From contig WELB01000024.1 in NCBI GenBank assembly GCA_009602725.1, forward strand, positions 942,821-1,006,820: a DNA stretch of 64,000 nt, in the 5' to 3' direction. The stretch is from Spirogloea muscicola. Taxonomy: Eukaryota. Shown here one piece after another: positions 10,754 through 24,479 of this stretch (position 1 is its first letter; the number at the start of each line of letters is the position of its first letter). Under the pieces are notes generated by a model. It had not been told where the DNA came from. It saw only the letters and a program-made list of their open reading frames with translations, and searched no databases. A program made the translations under genes and the position numbers.

Positions 10754-11669
10754 TCATGTACGGAGGGGGGGTGATACGAGGATGACGCCATCGCCCCGCA
10801 CAAAGAGGAATGGCACCTTCCTCTTGGACGTCTGCAAGGGCAGAGTTGCAAACAGGGGGACATTAGCTGATGAGTGCGCCGGCTACGGGTGGCACACGAG
10901 GCATGAGGTAGGGGACTCGTGCTCCAGGAGAGTGCCAGTCATCTACAACTTGGAATAAGCTATGAGGATAAGTGAATCCATTGTCCATCCAATAATTGCT
11001 GAGCCCCATACTGCCAAGATTGTCAGACCTGAACCCAGCCGCTCATGTCCAAGACCAGCAGACCACTGAGACGGTTCAGGCGCATTTAGGCGCAGCACCC
11101 GCAGCGGCAGCGTCCCAGCTAGGTGTCTATTCAAGGACCCCCTGCTTCGAAGTCCTCTAGGTACTGGTGGTCGTCGCTGGAGTTCCCAGGCAAAGAGTAA
11201 CCTAAGATGGGAGCAGCCCACGTGCAAGCGGCCCATGCCCTGCTCACGAGCACACCTACGGCTGTCAGCAGTGCGCGCGCGCGCGCACCTTAACAATCTC
11301 CTCGTACGTCTCGTCGTCGATCTCGACCGTCGTGACGGCCTCGTCAGCGTCGCCCAAGATCATGTTCAGGTGCTGGTCGTAGGCCTGCAGCAGCAGCAGG
11401 CGCGCGGGGCGCAGAACGTAAGCGCCGCGTCGGTGCCAGTAGGACGACGTAGCGGGCCCAGGGCTGGGCCTCCGCGCGGCTCAGCCGCAGCTCGCAGCTC
11501 GCGCCCGCGGCTGGGGTAGGCCCGGCCAGCACTGAAGACGGCGTCGGCGGCGGCAGGCACCCACGTGGAGCTTGCCGCGGAGCTCGCGGTCGCCGCGCAG
11601 CTTGACGTAGATGCGCTCGTCCAGGCTGAGTCGGATGAGGTCCAGCGGCTCCTTCACGGCGCTGTCCTC

Positions 11670-11711
<42 letters not shown>

Positions 11712-11735
11712 GCCGCCGCCAACGGCTGCCGCCAT
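10754..11735 (-). CDS. LSM3: U6 snRNA-associated Sm-like protein LSm3, 3 exons (11565-11735, 11289-11384, 10754-10831)
   Basis: [43 protein letters not shown]...[37 protein letters not shown] junctions are in frame. The start codon is uncertain because of the poly-Gly repeat. Confidence 0.95.
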
Positions 11736-12029
11736 TAGTCGACCCCTCCCTCCCGACCCCGGCCTCCGCCGCCCGGCCCCTCGTCACCTCCTTGCCATGG
11801 TGTGGACGCAGCCCGCCGCCGTCTCCGCCGCCTACGCCGCCGCTGCTGCCGCCGCCGCCGCTGCCAGCGCCGGCGGCGGTCCCGGCGCCGGATGTGCGGG
11901 CGGGGCGCTGTCACTGGAGGGGTTCTGGATTTGCAGGAAAGTAGGGTTCCGAAACCCCTGCAGAATCTCAGCCCGCTAACGCAGTTATGAACGCCCTCTG
12001 AAGAAGAAAGCGCGGCCAAATTGACTGGT

Positions 12030-12380
12030 GGGTTTACCGCCGCTCTTTCAATATCAGCAGCCGAATGCTGTCTTTCTGCCCCCCAACCTCGCCTCCGGAC
12101 GGATCTGGCTCTGCCGGGTACTACACTACCCTTACCCGCACATGAAGGCGCGCGGTTCGCATGATGTTGGATGGGTTGCCAAACCATGCCAGTACTGTTC
12201 AGGCACAAGGCAGTGCAAAGATAGAAGAAAAGATAGGGGCTGCACAACGCGAAGCTGTATGCTAAGGGGATATACAGCCCTTTAAAGGAGAAACGTGTGC
12301 ATTAAGAGATGGGAGGCCTTGTGTGGCCAAGTACAACGGCAATAAAAGAAGGGCGAGGTCTGTGAAAAGCCAGCCCATAG
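12030..12380. mobile_element. Degenerate CRE-like 3'UTR relics upstream of LSM3
   Basis: TTCAATATCAGCAGCCG (as at 6283), GGCGCGCGG..GCAT...TGTTCAGGCA terminal module, GTGGCCAAGTAC (as at 49870) and TGTGAAAAGCCAGCCC. Confidence 0.65.
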
Positions 12381-13672
12381 TCCATCAGAGCGTCCCGAGT
12401 CCAGCAGCCCCGTCAGTGTGAAACGTGGTCGCTGCCGAGACGATGGTACTGCCACTGGGCGACCACTTGGTTCAAGTAGTCAAATCTTTGGACATCAACA
12501 TATAGATGCTGGGAGATGCCTGAGCCAACGATCTTGCAAGACCAAAGAAAGAGAAGGGGCTTTTCCGAAGGCGGGAGGGCTGTAATATGTGTGTCCAAAG
12601 GTGTTCCCATGTAGCAAGTCAGAGGCCCCTTTTGATATTGCAACTGCTTGGTGGACACTCATTCTTTGCATCCTTGGGTTGCCCTGCCCTCCTCCGAGCC
12701 TAGAGCCAAAGCTTCATGAAAAGAACTTGCTGACATTCGTAAAGAGTTGCTGACTTTCCGAGCGTGCAGCCTTTTGCTGGTACATGCTGTCGCGCCACTG
12801 CCCATTCTCATCAAGTTATGGAGTCCATTCCTTCCATCGCTCGTCTCTTTGAACGACATTTGCTGACCGGGTGATTGAAGGACAAGACAAGAGAAGGCAG
12901 GTGGTCGCAGAAGGCAAGCCCTCACAATGCTGGAAGAGAAGCAACTCTACGGCCTTAAGGAGCGACAACATAGACAGATGCGACAGACTTGATACGAGTC
13001 TCACGCTGTGGAGATGTCTGCCAATGCTCGACTGCACACATACGGAAGGCTGCAGCCTTGGGGTGTCGTGTGCCGAATGGTGTTACCGGTCATTCGCAAC
13101 AAGGATATGCCAAGTGGACAGTGCTACTAATGTTTGGCGGTCGTAGACTAGCACACCTTGGCCAGGTCAAATGAGTGCAAGATCTCCTGCCCTCCTGCAG
13201 GTCCCCTGACTTGTTACCTGCCTATATTTTGCCTCGGTCTTCCATCACCTAAACCTTGATTTCCTGAGAGTAATTGCTGTCTTTGAAGCCAGGCAGCTCG
13301 ATGAGGCCTCTGAGTCTACCAATGGAAAGTCAAACGTTGCTGGCATGCAGACCATATATTACCTTCTTCACCAGGTACCAAGTAATAAAAGAATGTATAC
13401 AACAGCAGCTGGCCCTGCCAGTCCTTGCAAGGCCTTGTTGGCTGCCGGGCCATGAATGCCAATTATACAAAATCGCTCTGCATGAGTAAATCTTTGGTCA
13501 AAAGTGACAACAAAGGCCTTGTCCTTCTTATACAAGTGGGGCGCTGAGCTCCTCAGAGCAACTGCCGGCTTAGATTGCTCGTGACCTTTCTACCAAGTAA
13601 TGATGATTCTACTCGACCTATGCATAAGTATTTGAGGCTATCACTACTACATGAGCCTAAGGGTGCTGGCTT

Positions 13673-16600
13673 TCATAAGCCCAGAAATTCTCCAATGGAC
13701 CCGCCGTCGTCGCCGCCACGCCTCTCAGGGACAGCCCAGGTTTGCAGACCTCGGGGCCCATCATCCATCCCAGGGTCACCTTTCCTGCGTCCTTGATCTG
13801 CTTGACTTTCCAGACCTTTCTCTTGCGTGGCCCCAGTGCCGTGATTTAGATCTCTGACATAGCCAGCCGGCTCAGACAACGACGGCACGGAGGCTGCAGG
13901 CTGAGGATCCTTGCCACCTACCATATTGTTGTTGACCTTGGCGCCGCTGCCCCTCCGGTTCCGCTTCCTCTTCCGTGGCTCGCTCATACTCCGCCCCATC
14001 CTTCCACCAACGCCGCTTCCAGGAGGTCCATATGGTGGCCGCGGTGGCAAGCCCATTGGTCTAGTCGGCATCATGCCAGCGTAGCCGCCAAGCGGTGGCG
14101 GGAATGGAGAATAGGCTCCCATCATGGGGTTGGCGGGGTAGCTGCCAAAAGGGCCCCCGTCGCGGCCATACATGCCATTACCACGGGGTGGGAGCATGTA
14201 CTCTGCTCCAGGTGGACCCATGGGCCCCCGCCCGACCAGATGCGGCGCATACGGAGGACCATTGCCGAACGCGGAGCCCAAGAAGCCCGGCCCGCTTGCA
14301 AGTCCATACTGGGGTCGCAGCCCAGCGCCAAAGCCGGGCCCGGCGAGCCCTGCGCCGGCTGGCGCCGCGAGGAAGTTGCCACCGGCCATCATTGCGGGAT
14401 CGTAACCGTCAGCAGGGCCTATGCCGGGAAGATAGCCATTTGTCATCTGGCTGCCCTGCACTCTTGCCATGCCCGGCCTCCCATTGCCCACCCCCCCAAA
14501 CGAAGATGGTGGCCTGCCTGACACCTCCTCACCTCCCTCAACGTCGTCCTCCTCCTCGTCGCCATCATCCTCCTCGTCATCATCATCCTCCACCATGTCA
14601 TCTGCTGGCCTGTCACGGCCACCTTCCACGCCGTCCGGCTCCTCGGCTTGCGGTGGCATGGTGCCCGCTCTTGGGGCAGCTCCAACCATTGGCCCTCCAG
14701 CACTCATCCCCTCCCTTCGCAGCCTCTCCTCGATCTGCGTCCTCTCAGCAGCAACAGCCAGACCCTGCAGCACATGATAAGAATATGACAACGACAATAA
14801 GTGCAGTGTTTGGAATAGGAATGTAGGGCTTTCGGCTGCAGACGCCTGATGCATCACGAAAATATCAAGGGCACTGCCAGGACAAAAGGAAGCTTCTATA
14901 GTCTGTCAGCGAGGAAGTAAGCAGCAGAATAGCTGAAACAGCAATTCGGCATGCAGCAGGCACTGCTAGGACTGGAGTACCAATGGACATATGCCAAACA
15001 GATGAAGGAGTTTTAGCTGAAGAAGTACCATAAGAGCACTGTCAGGCTCGCTGTAGAAGAGCGACACAAGCTGCTCGCCGATACTTGGCTCGACCTCCTG
15101 GCAATCTCGGCTGACCTGCGGCAACAAGCAGTGGACATGTCTTCAAGATGAAAGGTGTACTTCGCTGACCCCTTAGCAGAGACGTTCCAACAATTGAATC
15201 AGTTGGTGATATCTTCAAATCAGCTGGGCATGCTGACCAAAGACTGCACATTGGTTGCAGAAGTCTGTGTGACATCCAGCTGCAAATTGGAGATCTGAGC
15301 GCACCTTGACAGGCATGTTATCGTTGTAAGGGTTCCTCAAGAACTGTGTCTTGTTGAACGACAGGTCTGCCATCTGTACAAAAGGAAATGCAGGATAATA
15401 TCAACATACATGCCTGCAGGCTACTCCCAGAATGTGACCCTGACTTTAAATCACAAGTGATACAGAGGACAAAGCCTGCACTGGAAGCAGTGGGCTGCGG
15501 AAGAGGCCCATGAGTCCAACCTTAAGCCACTTGATGGCAAAGTTGCGTCCATACTGTGCCATGCCCGTTGCCGTCTTCCACAATGGCCCTTGAGCAATCG
15601 CTCCAATTCGAGTCTGCATCCGTGCAACCCCCTGCCATCCCCAAGTGTTATCATGCCCCTCTTGTTAGCCTTTACAATGCTCCGCACTTCCAGATGAAGA
15701 GATGGCAAGGAGCTACAGCAAGGTCAGGTCATATTTCTCCACATCCAAGTATACAGGTGTTCAGCTTATGGAGAAGCATGATGAGTGCGTGTTCTGTAGG
15801 CAGCCAGTTAAAAGCTCTGCCACAGCATACCTGAAAGTGCCTAGTCTCGTTAACAGAGAAGGCTAGCAGCACGTTGAGAACCATATCGAATGCGTCGTTC
15901 AGCTTGCCCTCGTTGTTACGGTGAGTGGCCCACAGCCCCCGCTGCGCCGACAGCTCAAGGTTCTCCACGTTGTTGCTTTTGACGACAAAGTACCTGCTAC
16001 CAATGTGCAACCTTAGTAGATGGTAGTAATCAGCTGCTATCAACACGGGTGGAACCCCACTCTGAAGTCAGTTACGCTACTGAGATACAATGACCTGATG
16101 CTGACGAAGCTGACCTCGTAGGCCCTGGTGGGAGGGGGCTGGAGATTGAAATAAGGTTCGGCAACTGGGTGCTGGCAGGCGGCGGCGGCTTCTGCTGGGA
16201 GGGCCTGCTGGGAGCTGGCTGAGCTCGCGGTGGCGCAGGCACCGCCGCAGACTCGGCGGCGCCGAGGTCGCCAATGTCATCCCGCGTGGATGGAGCACCG
16301 GGGCCCTGCAGCGCGCCTGTGGGAGCCGCGGCTCCTCCTGACGCACCTCTTCCACCTCCGCCTCTCTCACCGCCACCTACATGCTCCGCATCGCCTGCTC
16401 CCTGCCAGTTGCGTTGGCCCCTCTGCTGGTAGGCAGGGTTTACACCGGCATGCCCGTGGCGCTGCTGGAGCAGCTTGAGGTGCTGCTCTGGCGGCGGCGG
16501 CGGCCCCGGCTGCTTGGCGTGCCTGTACCTGCAGTCGGCTCCATTTGGGCAGAACCCCAACTTGTACCTGGAGGGATCGAAATTGAGCAGAACCACAATT

Positions 16601-17754
16601 TGTTAGCATTGCATTATATATACAACCATCAAGGGTGATTCTTCTCAGTCAAGACAAGCGCCCAAAGGGCCTCGCTACTACGAGTCGATGTAAGAGCATG
16701 CCGACAGATCTGCTGTTTCTCATGAGGTTGATATACATGGTCAGTTCTAGCGCAATGGCCAAGGTGACTTGCAGAAGAAAAGCTCGTGAAGATCCTAAAA
16801 GCTAGCCCCTAGGTGACTGCCAGCAAAGGTGACTGTGTCAACTGAAACCAGGGCAGGCTGCAGCAGACACTGCACTGACGTCTCCAAAACCGGTGCAAAT
16901 AACAAATCGTCATTCATGAGAAAACAAATTGTTCAGATTGTAGCGTCCTTTGGTCGTCGTCTACTGGGCGAAGCCAACTCTGTGGAGCAGCCCAGCTGCA
17001 CCCAAATCATTGCCGCACCTCAGGGCAATTTTATCTCTGGAGACTTACGTCCTGCGCAACTCATTGCGGAGGGGCTCCAGGAGTGCCAACTAGGCCCCCT
17101 ACTCTGCCATCGACCACAAGGCCAAACCCAGATCACCGCTGAAGTCGGCCAATGCGAGTCCCTTCTCACCGCCCCAGTGCCGCCTCTGGGGCTCTAGGCC
17201 TCTGGGGCACACGGCATGCTAGAGCATAGTGGCAGCGGCAGCGGCGAGAGAAGGCGCACGGTGCGCATGAATTGAAAGGGAGGCCAGCTCTAGCCAATAC
17301 ATTGTTGGGGCAAGGGAAGGAGGGAAGGAGGGAGGGGGGCTGGGAGGAGGCCGTGGCGGCAGCGCTGCGGCGGCGGTACATACATGTTGCACTCCTTGAC
17401 GTCGTCAAAGGTGTGCTTGTAGGGGCAGTCGGCCTCGTGGCATTCGCCCCACTTGGCGTAGAAGCGGCAGATGGGCATGCGGGCCTTGTCCAGCTGGTGC
17501 AGGAAGCCGCAAGCATCGCCCTTCATGCACAGGCCCCGCAGCCAGTGGCGGCACACCGTCTGCCGGTAGTTGCGCCGCTGCGCCGCCGCAGGCGGCGCGC
17601 CGCCCTGCTGCCGCTGCTGCTGCTGGTGCTGGTGGTGCTGTGGCGTCTGGCCATGGCCGCCGTCGCCACGCGCCGTCGTTGGCGGCGCGGCGGCCGCCAG
17701 GGCGTCGAGGCCGCCCTCGAAGTCGAAGCTGAGGGACCCCTCGGGGTCGTCCAT
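13673..17754 (-). CDS. CPSF30: Cleavage and polyadenylation specificity factor 30, long form (3 CCCH fingers + YTH m6A-reader domain), ~7 exons
   Basis: MDDPEGSLSFDFEGGL; YRQTVCRHWLRGLCMKGDACGFLHQLDKARMPICRFY...ECNM|YKLGFCPNGADCRYRH. YTH: RYFVVKSNNVENLELS..GLWATHRNNEGKLNDAF..FSVNETRHFQ..NPYNDNMPVK|VSRDCQE. The 3' end is taken from the ORF stop. Confidence 0.95.
17245..17312 (-). mobile_element. ~65-bp retroelement 3'-terminal module in CPSF30 intron 1
   Basis: GAGAGAAGGCGCACGGTGCGCATGAATTGAAAGGGAGGCCAGCTCTAGCCAATACATTGTT matches 47391-47455 and 54654-54720. Confidence 0.8.
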
Positions 17755-17795
17755 GGCCAGTTGCGCGGCGACGGCCTTCACCTCCCGCAGTTCCA

Positions 17796-17832
<37 letters not shown>

Positions 17833-18224
17833 GCCGCCGCAGGCGTCGTCGAGGAGAAAGGCTGGCTGCGGTGCGCCAGCGACGACGAACGTGGGTGCTG
17901 GTTTCGAAGGAGCAGCTTGGAAGGGTAGCCAGGTGGTGGGCGCGGACGGCCCCCCGACGTCGGGAAGCCGGCCCAGCTCGCCAATGGCGCTCGCCCCGTG
18001 TGAGGCGGTCCGCTCCGCCCGGAACTGTCAACTGTCGCCTGTCGGCGGGCGCCGCTGCCCCCCCCCCTTTCTCTCCCTCTCTCCCTTTCCCGCCGCTTTT
18101 TCGTATATTAACGGGCAAGAGGTCTAGCCTTCAGGGTACCCCTAGGAGTGACACACCCGACATGTTCCCAGTGTTCGTGGTTGTAGACCGGGTCATCGTC
18201 CGCTAGCCGCTACCACTGAATGTC

Positions 18225-18380
18225 GGTCAGCCCGATCCGCTACAATATTAGCAGCCGCATTCTTCTTCTCTGTCAAAGACAAGTCGTGTGGATCGAGTGC
18301 TGGAGGGCCTGAGAGTAGCTCATCCGAAGGGGGGGAGGGCTAGGAAAAGCCAGCTTGAAGACAGTTGACAAGGTCTGCAG
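18225..18380. mobile_element. Degenerate CRE-like 3'UTR relics in the CPSF30/THO1 divergent promoter
   Basis: CAATATTAGCAGCCGCATTCTT (cf. 6287-6310) and GAGGGCTAGGAAAAGCCAGC...TTGACAAGGTC (cf. 53390-53412, 55797-55838). Confidence 0.55.
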
Positions 18381-18433
18381 GGGACCGAAACGCGCTGTCA
18401 CANCTCCCAGACGCGCCGCGCGCCACCGGCGCC

Positions 18434-18437
18434 ATGG

Positions 18438-18474
<37 letters not shown>

Positions 18475-21400
18475 GGCAGCAGTGCGCGCCGTCGTGGAGA
18501 GCGACCGAGCCAGGATCATTGTGAGCGTCGCCGCAAGCCCCAGCTGGCCAACGAGCTGCGGGCTCCGCTTCACGCCGCTGCACTCCTCCCGTCGCGCCCA
18601 TGGCAGTCCGGCTGGCGCCTTGCGCCGGCGAGATGACAAGCCGCGCCTGCGACGCGCCCCGCCGCCGCAGAGCAAGTTCCAGGACGCCGTCGCGCAGGCG
18701 GCGCCACCAGCAGATGTGGCCCTGCCAGCTTACATGAGGCCATTCGGTCGCAGGTCGTCACCCCCCTCCTTGCCTACCCCCACTTTCTCAAGCATCTCAA
18801 CGTCACGCACCTCACGACGGCTGCGATGGCGCGTGGTGGTCGCCGCAGAAGCCCGGCTCGACCTCGCTGCTGCCCGAGGAGAACCAGCTGCTCGAGAACG
18901 GCCTGCGAGCACTGCTGCAAGGCCTCGTGGTGAGCGCCGGCCACCCGCCATTGCCGCCGCCACCTCGCTGCACGCCTAGCTGCTAGCTTGCCAGCTGAAT
19001 GGCATTCCACATCAATAGAGTCATCAACACGTGTACCACACTTGGCCGGCGCTGCACAGAGTAAGGCCGTGGCAGCAGGAGAGCCCGTCATGCAGTACGG
19101 GCGCTCCATTGCCGAGGGCGAAGATTCACGCGGCCTCGTCACCAAGCTGCTAGGTACTGCAGTCGATGGCCTTTGTAGCTGTGGGGTCCCAATCCAAAGC
19201 CCCTTCTTTGGTTGAGTGCCAGTTCCTGCTCCTCATGGGCAGTCGTCCATAGCAGGCGCCAACATTTCCAGAGTAGCTGCTATTGTGCACGATAGCTGGA
19301 GCTCTACTTCCTGTTAGTCAGCTTTTCAATACTACTCACCAGCAGATCTCTGAGGTAGGCTTGCCAAATGTTCATGGCATCATGTCAACCTTGTCTTCAT
19401 TTTGACTTTCGTGTGGTCCTTCTTTGGCAGATATTACGCTCTACCTCTGTGAGCACCAGCACGTAGAAGGCGGCCTTGTCTTCACGCTCCTGGAGGACAC
19501 CACGGAATACTGCACCATCGCTGACTGCAAGGAGGTTTGTAGCCTTGCACAGCCATTGGCCCCGTGCTCAATGACCAACATCAAGCCCACAATAAGCGCC
19601 ATGATTCGACTTGACGGGCTGCAGAGTCCTCCACAAGGTCTGAACCCAAGCTGACAGGGCCGCTGAGTTGCGGCAGGTATTTGCCTTCATAGAGAGCAAG
19701 CAAGACACGCTGGGCAAGGTGGGAGTTCAGAAGAGGCGCCTGTCTGTGACCCCTTGGTATGACCTGCTCTATTGCATCCCTGTGAACGCCGATGAGTCGT
19801 GTGTCCCCCATCTCAGTCTCTTACCATTGGATTCAAACATGGACTTAGTGCAGGAGCACTTGTCATCGCGAGGAAAGCTGCTCATGCTCCGCACCTGCAA
19901 TCTACTTCTTCGCCGCCTGTCCAAGGTGATTCTACATGGCTGCATCAGTGCTCAGCACTTTTGGGCATGGTAGACTTGCTAGGCAGTGATGGGGCACGTT
20001 ATCATTCTCAAGACCCACACAACAGTAGCAGTACATCTGGTGCCTTCGAATCCCATGAACATCTTTGGAAGTATAGGCCCGTGGAATGTGAAGCAGATTT
20101 GCAATTCTACTGCTCCAGTCAATAAGCACCCATTATGAGTGCCAACCTCATCAACCTCAGATGTGAGCAAATCTCTGTACCGCGCAGACATATGATGTTG
20201 TCTTCTGTGGGCGGATTCTTATGTTCCTCACACACTTTTTCCCACTATCTGAACGTTCTGGTGAGCTTTATCAGAGGAGACTACTAATCAGGAGTACACT
20301 GTTACTTGCAACTTGACATGGCAGTTTGCTTTGATGCTACACTGAAGCCGCTACTTGGGAGGAACAAAATATCACTGTCCTTTTGGTCCAATAACTCTCA
20401 TACTTCAGCTGTCCGGCATCTGGCTACCTCATACAAGCATGACCCTCATTCTTTCCTTTGTGATACTTCAGGCGTGAATGTCAAGGGGGCCTTCAATACC
20501 TCGAATATTACTGCATCTGAGAAGGAGCCCCCTGCCGGTTGCCTGGCATGCCTCCTGTCCTGGTCCCGTGAAGCTGTCCTCAGACAGACTGCAGAGCCTG
20601 CATGCCGCCGTGCAAGCTTGCTGCCCTGGTACAACAAAATCTCTGATACCTGATGCTTATCTGTGGCAGGTCTTGACATTGATTTCCAGTTTTATACAAC
20701 CTTCTGGAGCTTGCAGGTAGTGAGGGTCAGATTTCTAGCAGCCAGCAGCAGCAGGCTTGGCTTGCATAGTTCGCTTCCTATACAGACATAGTTCGCTTCC
20801 TGCTCGTTGGTGAAACAAGTCTGTGTCAGCAGCACAGCTAGGCTACACGGTCTTGGCATCTGCCTGACTGCCCATCTGCTCCTTGATTCTGCATCCCGTA
20901 TGTTTTTTTGCAGGAGACGTTCTGTAACCCTCCTGCACTGCTTGCCTCTGCTAGATGGCAGAACTTCAGCACTAGTCTAACAGTACGTTCCAGCTAGCTC
21001 CCTCTCTTGCAATATGTACTTCTTCCTTGCATACAGAAGCGTGTAGATACTCGTCATTGGCTGGCCAAGAACCAACAAGTTGTGGCCTTCTCTGTTTTTC
21101 GTCTCCCGTGGCAGACGGTGCTTACCTTGTTTGAGGAGCAGCCTCTGGAGGAGGAGCAGAGCAAGGATGGCCTGGAGGATGGGACATACAAGACCAAGTT
21201 TCTAACGAGCACGAAGCTGATGGCATTGGAGGTATCCAGTCATGTTATGGGCAAGTTCGCCATGCAGTAGTATTGACAAAGTAGCCGTGCTACATCATCC
21301 TACTACCACAAAGATCATGGTGATATGTCAATGTCCTTCGGATTAATCTGCAAGTCTACTCTTAGAGCTGTCCGAGTCTTGTGAGACCTCTAACTTTGAT

Positions 21401-24400
21401 TGGCTTTGACTCAGCTCCGAGATCCGAGCTTTCGACGCCACGTCCTCGTCCAGTGTCTGATTCTCTTCGATTTCATCAAGGTTAGATTCACTTTAATATA
21501 AATGTTGTGTTCCGACATGTTCCAGGGATCATGCCACATCATGTCTATGTCTCTGCCCTGCTTATTGCGATGATAAGGCTCAGACAGCAGCTTCTGGAGC
21601 AAATTGCAGAATCCACCCAAGGTGGAGAAGGAGAATGAGGACAAGCGCGAGATTCTGGTACATAAGCCCTGTCTTTGACTGCCTTCAGAGATACCATCCT
21701 GCCTTTGAGAGTAACATCCAGGCAATGCATGTGGCTTTTCTTAGTTGTCACTTAGACTGTGGACATCTCATGCTGTTTTACCTTATCTGTCACAAGACTG
21801 GCATGTGCATAGTGGATTTTCACCTATGGGCATTTATATTGGTCAAACAAAAAATAGGTCAATGTGATGAAGAAGGAGCCTAGACTTATTTGTCAGGCAA
21901 GATAATTGGCTGGCAGTCTTTGACAGCAGTGGGACAACTTAGTGGGCTGATATTGAAGTCAAGTGCTCCTGGTAGAAGGAGGAGGCTGGCGCATTTGAGG
22001 ACAGGGTAAAGAGATTGCTACAAAGCACACCACCGAGGGGTTTTGAGTTCTTGAAGAGTGTGGAGCATGTGCTAAGTCGAGAGCGGAACTGGGTGGGCTC
22101 CTCTTCCTGAAAAGCAAGTTGGGCAGCAATCTAGTAATTAATCGTACTTATGATTGAGGCTCTCTGGGCTCTGCGGTGACTGTAGACAAATACAGCCTTG
22201 CTTGCTTGCTTCGCAATCTTGAGATAGTTGTAGAGACGTGTCACATGTAGTATTGTACATGACTGACAGAGGGGCAAGTGTTCGCAGGTATTGTGGAAGA
22301 GGGAAACTTGCCCCGCTTTTGGGAAGGAACCCACTGAGTCACCTCTTACCAGGCCTGAACCACCTCGAAAAAAGTGCGGCGCTAGTTGTCCATTGGCACG
22401 CCTCTTCTCCTGATTGTTGACATTATGCAATGACTGTGCTATCAGAGAAACCTCAGCTCAATGTAAGACCAGGGTCCTTCGTGTGACCATGTTGTGCAAG
22501 AGCCACTTGACGATTATGATACCAATTTGCACCCACCTGTAAGCAGGCCGCGGGGGCGAATGGGCAATCGAGCCTTGGATCAGTTGGACCGCAAAGTGCA
22601 GCAACTAAAAGTACGATTGCTCGACTTTGTCATACATTACACATGGTTTGCAGGGTTTAAAAAGCTGCCACATTATGCAGATAATACTATCGGTCATTCT
22701 TGCATAAGCTTGAGGCAATGGCTCTGGGAGTCAGTACTCTCCTCACTAATGCCAGCTTGCATGGTCTTGCAGAATGTTTTGACCGATCCAGATGTGGTGA
22801 AAGTGCCCACGATGGCAGAGTACTTCCAGCCGCTTGCTGAGGATGTGCGTGCTTGCGCTACACCTCATTGATTTCTGAGCTTTATTTTGCACCTCTCAAT
22901 ATCTCCGCATATGAGCATTGACATTTGCGCAATCGATTACATTCATTGCATTCTCATTGCACCGTCTTTGTAGCCATTCTGAGGCTCAGTGCAAATAGCT
23001 CCTGTCTGGCTAGTGCAGCTGGACCCAGATTCTGGCATCGAAACCGAGTACAGTCACGCAAAGAATCAGGTCTCGTGTCCTCTTTAACATACATCATGTG
23101 TGCCTGGGGCTTCTGCATCTACCCTGCATGTTTTTTGACAGTGATGGTCAACCCATCTTGTTCATGGTGGTACAATGCAGGTCCTAAGGAAGGCTCTCCA
23201 TTCTTGAGTCGGCCTTAGGAAGATGGCAAAGGGTCTAGCTAGAGTGAAGCACACAAGCTTGTCGTGATCCAATTGTGGAGTTTCTCGGACATGTTTGTGG
23301 CAGGTGTACTGCTGGCGAGGGCTGAGGTTGGCAGCCCGGCAGGACATCGCTGCATTTTCCAGGGTGCCCATCTGCCCTATGCAGTTGCATTGATCCGTTG
23401 AATTGAGTTGAATGGCTTGGGAGTTGAAGTGGAGTTCTTGAGGTGCCTTGCTGTACCTCATGTTAGTATTAGTGTAGATACTAATATGAGAGTTGCTACA
23501 TTATTTTGCTTGCAGTTTAGTGACTTGGGCATCGAAGGGGTTGTGCCCAAGGAGATGCTTGTTCCACAAGTGCATGACATTCTCTACGCAAAAGCTGTTG
23601 CCAAGCCCAAGGCTCCAGCAACAAAGGCAGCTGCAGCGGCAGCAGCTCCAAGCAGCTCTCCGGCAGCCCTTGAAACAAAGGTCATGATATTGATTAGTCG
23701 TGACTCCCCGATATCAGCCTCTAACCGTCATATTAGACCTGCTGAATGTAAGGGTCTCCCTTGTCTTGGCGCGCTTGTCTGGCAAGCGCGTGCTTCATGT
23801 TGCTTCTATGTTGCTCTGGGCATAAGCAACCTGGAGTGCTGAGAGAAGTGTAGTCCGTTGTGCTTCTCAGGCTCTTGAGGTCATCAATGGCAAAGTCAAG
23901 CAGTCAAGCTGCATGGATGAGGTGGCTCCATGTTCAGCAGAGATTGGCTCCTTGGGGGACTCAGGACAAGAGGCAATAACCACAGCAGAAGAGAGTGCCG
24001 CAGGAACAGCAAGCATAAAAGTTTCAGCCTCAATGCCCGACCTGCCTTTACCTGAGCTGGATACGCCGCTGCCAAGGGATGTGGCTCAGGTTGATGACAA
24101 CATACGCGCGCAGCAAACAGAGCCAACTTCGCCTGCAGAAGAGCAAGCGCAGGCTTCTCAGGCAGGAGATCCTCTTTCTGCTGCAGACTCTCAGTTGCCA
24201 TCTGTGCTGAGCATACAGCAGCCAACTCGGATGGAGGAGGCTACAGCACCGGTGGTCTCCAACAGCTCGCCCATGGCGGCCATGGCGAAAGGCAGTCTGC
24301 TGCCTGACTCCAAGGCATCGCTGGAAGAGGATTGTGCGTGGGTGAGGATTGAGGAGCGGCAGCCAGGTCGGCCACCAGCAGTGGAGCTGCAGTTTGACCT

Positions 24401-24479
24401 CGACTTTGGCCCCTCTGCTGGCACCGGGCAAAAGGCAGATGAGAGTGGCGACACACCCAAGATGCGGCATCCCTTGTAA
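18434..24479 (+). CDS. THO1: THO complex subunit 1 (HPR1), multi-exon
   Basis: EENQLLENGLRALLQGLV, DITLYLCEHQHVEGGLVFTLLED, VFAFIESKQDTLGK, RGKLLMLRTCNLLLRRLSK, DVVFCGRILMFLTHFFPLSERS, VNVKGAFNTSN, KFLTSTKLMALE|LRDPSFRRH, EHVLSRERNW, VYCWRGLRLAARQD. Confidence 0.93.

Noticed and set aside
11727..11800. Alternative LSM3 mini first exon (ATGGCAAGGAG|GTGAC ... GACTAATGGCGGCAG)
   Set aside because: The phase does not match the LSM3 frame as assembled, and it cannot be resolved without transcripts.
12400..13670. Short ORFs downstream of CPSF30 as extra exons or a separate gene
   Set aside because: No recognisable protein similarity or consistent splice model.
21232..21414. THO1 intron starting GTATCC as U12-type
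   Set aside because: The donor continues AGT rather than TT, and there is no convincing TCCTTRAC branch site.
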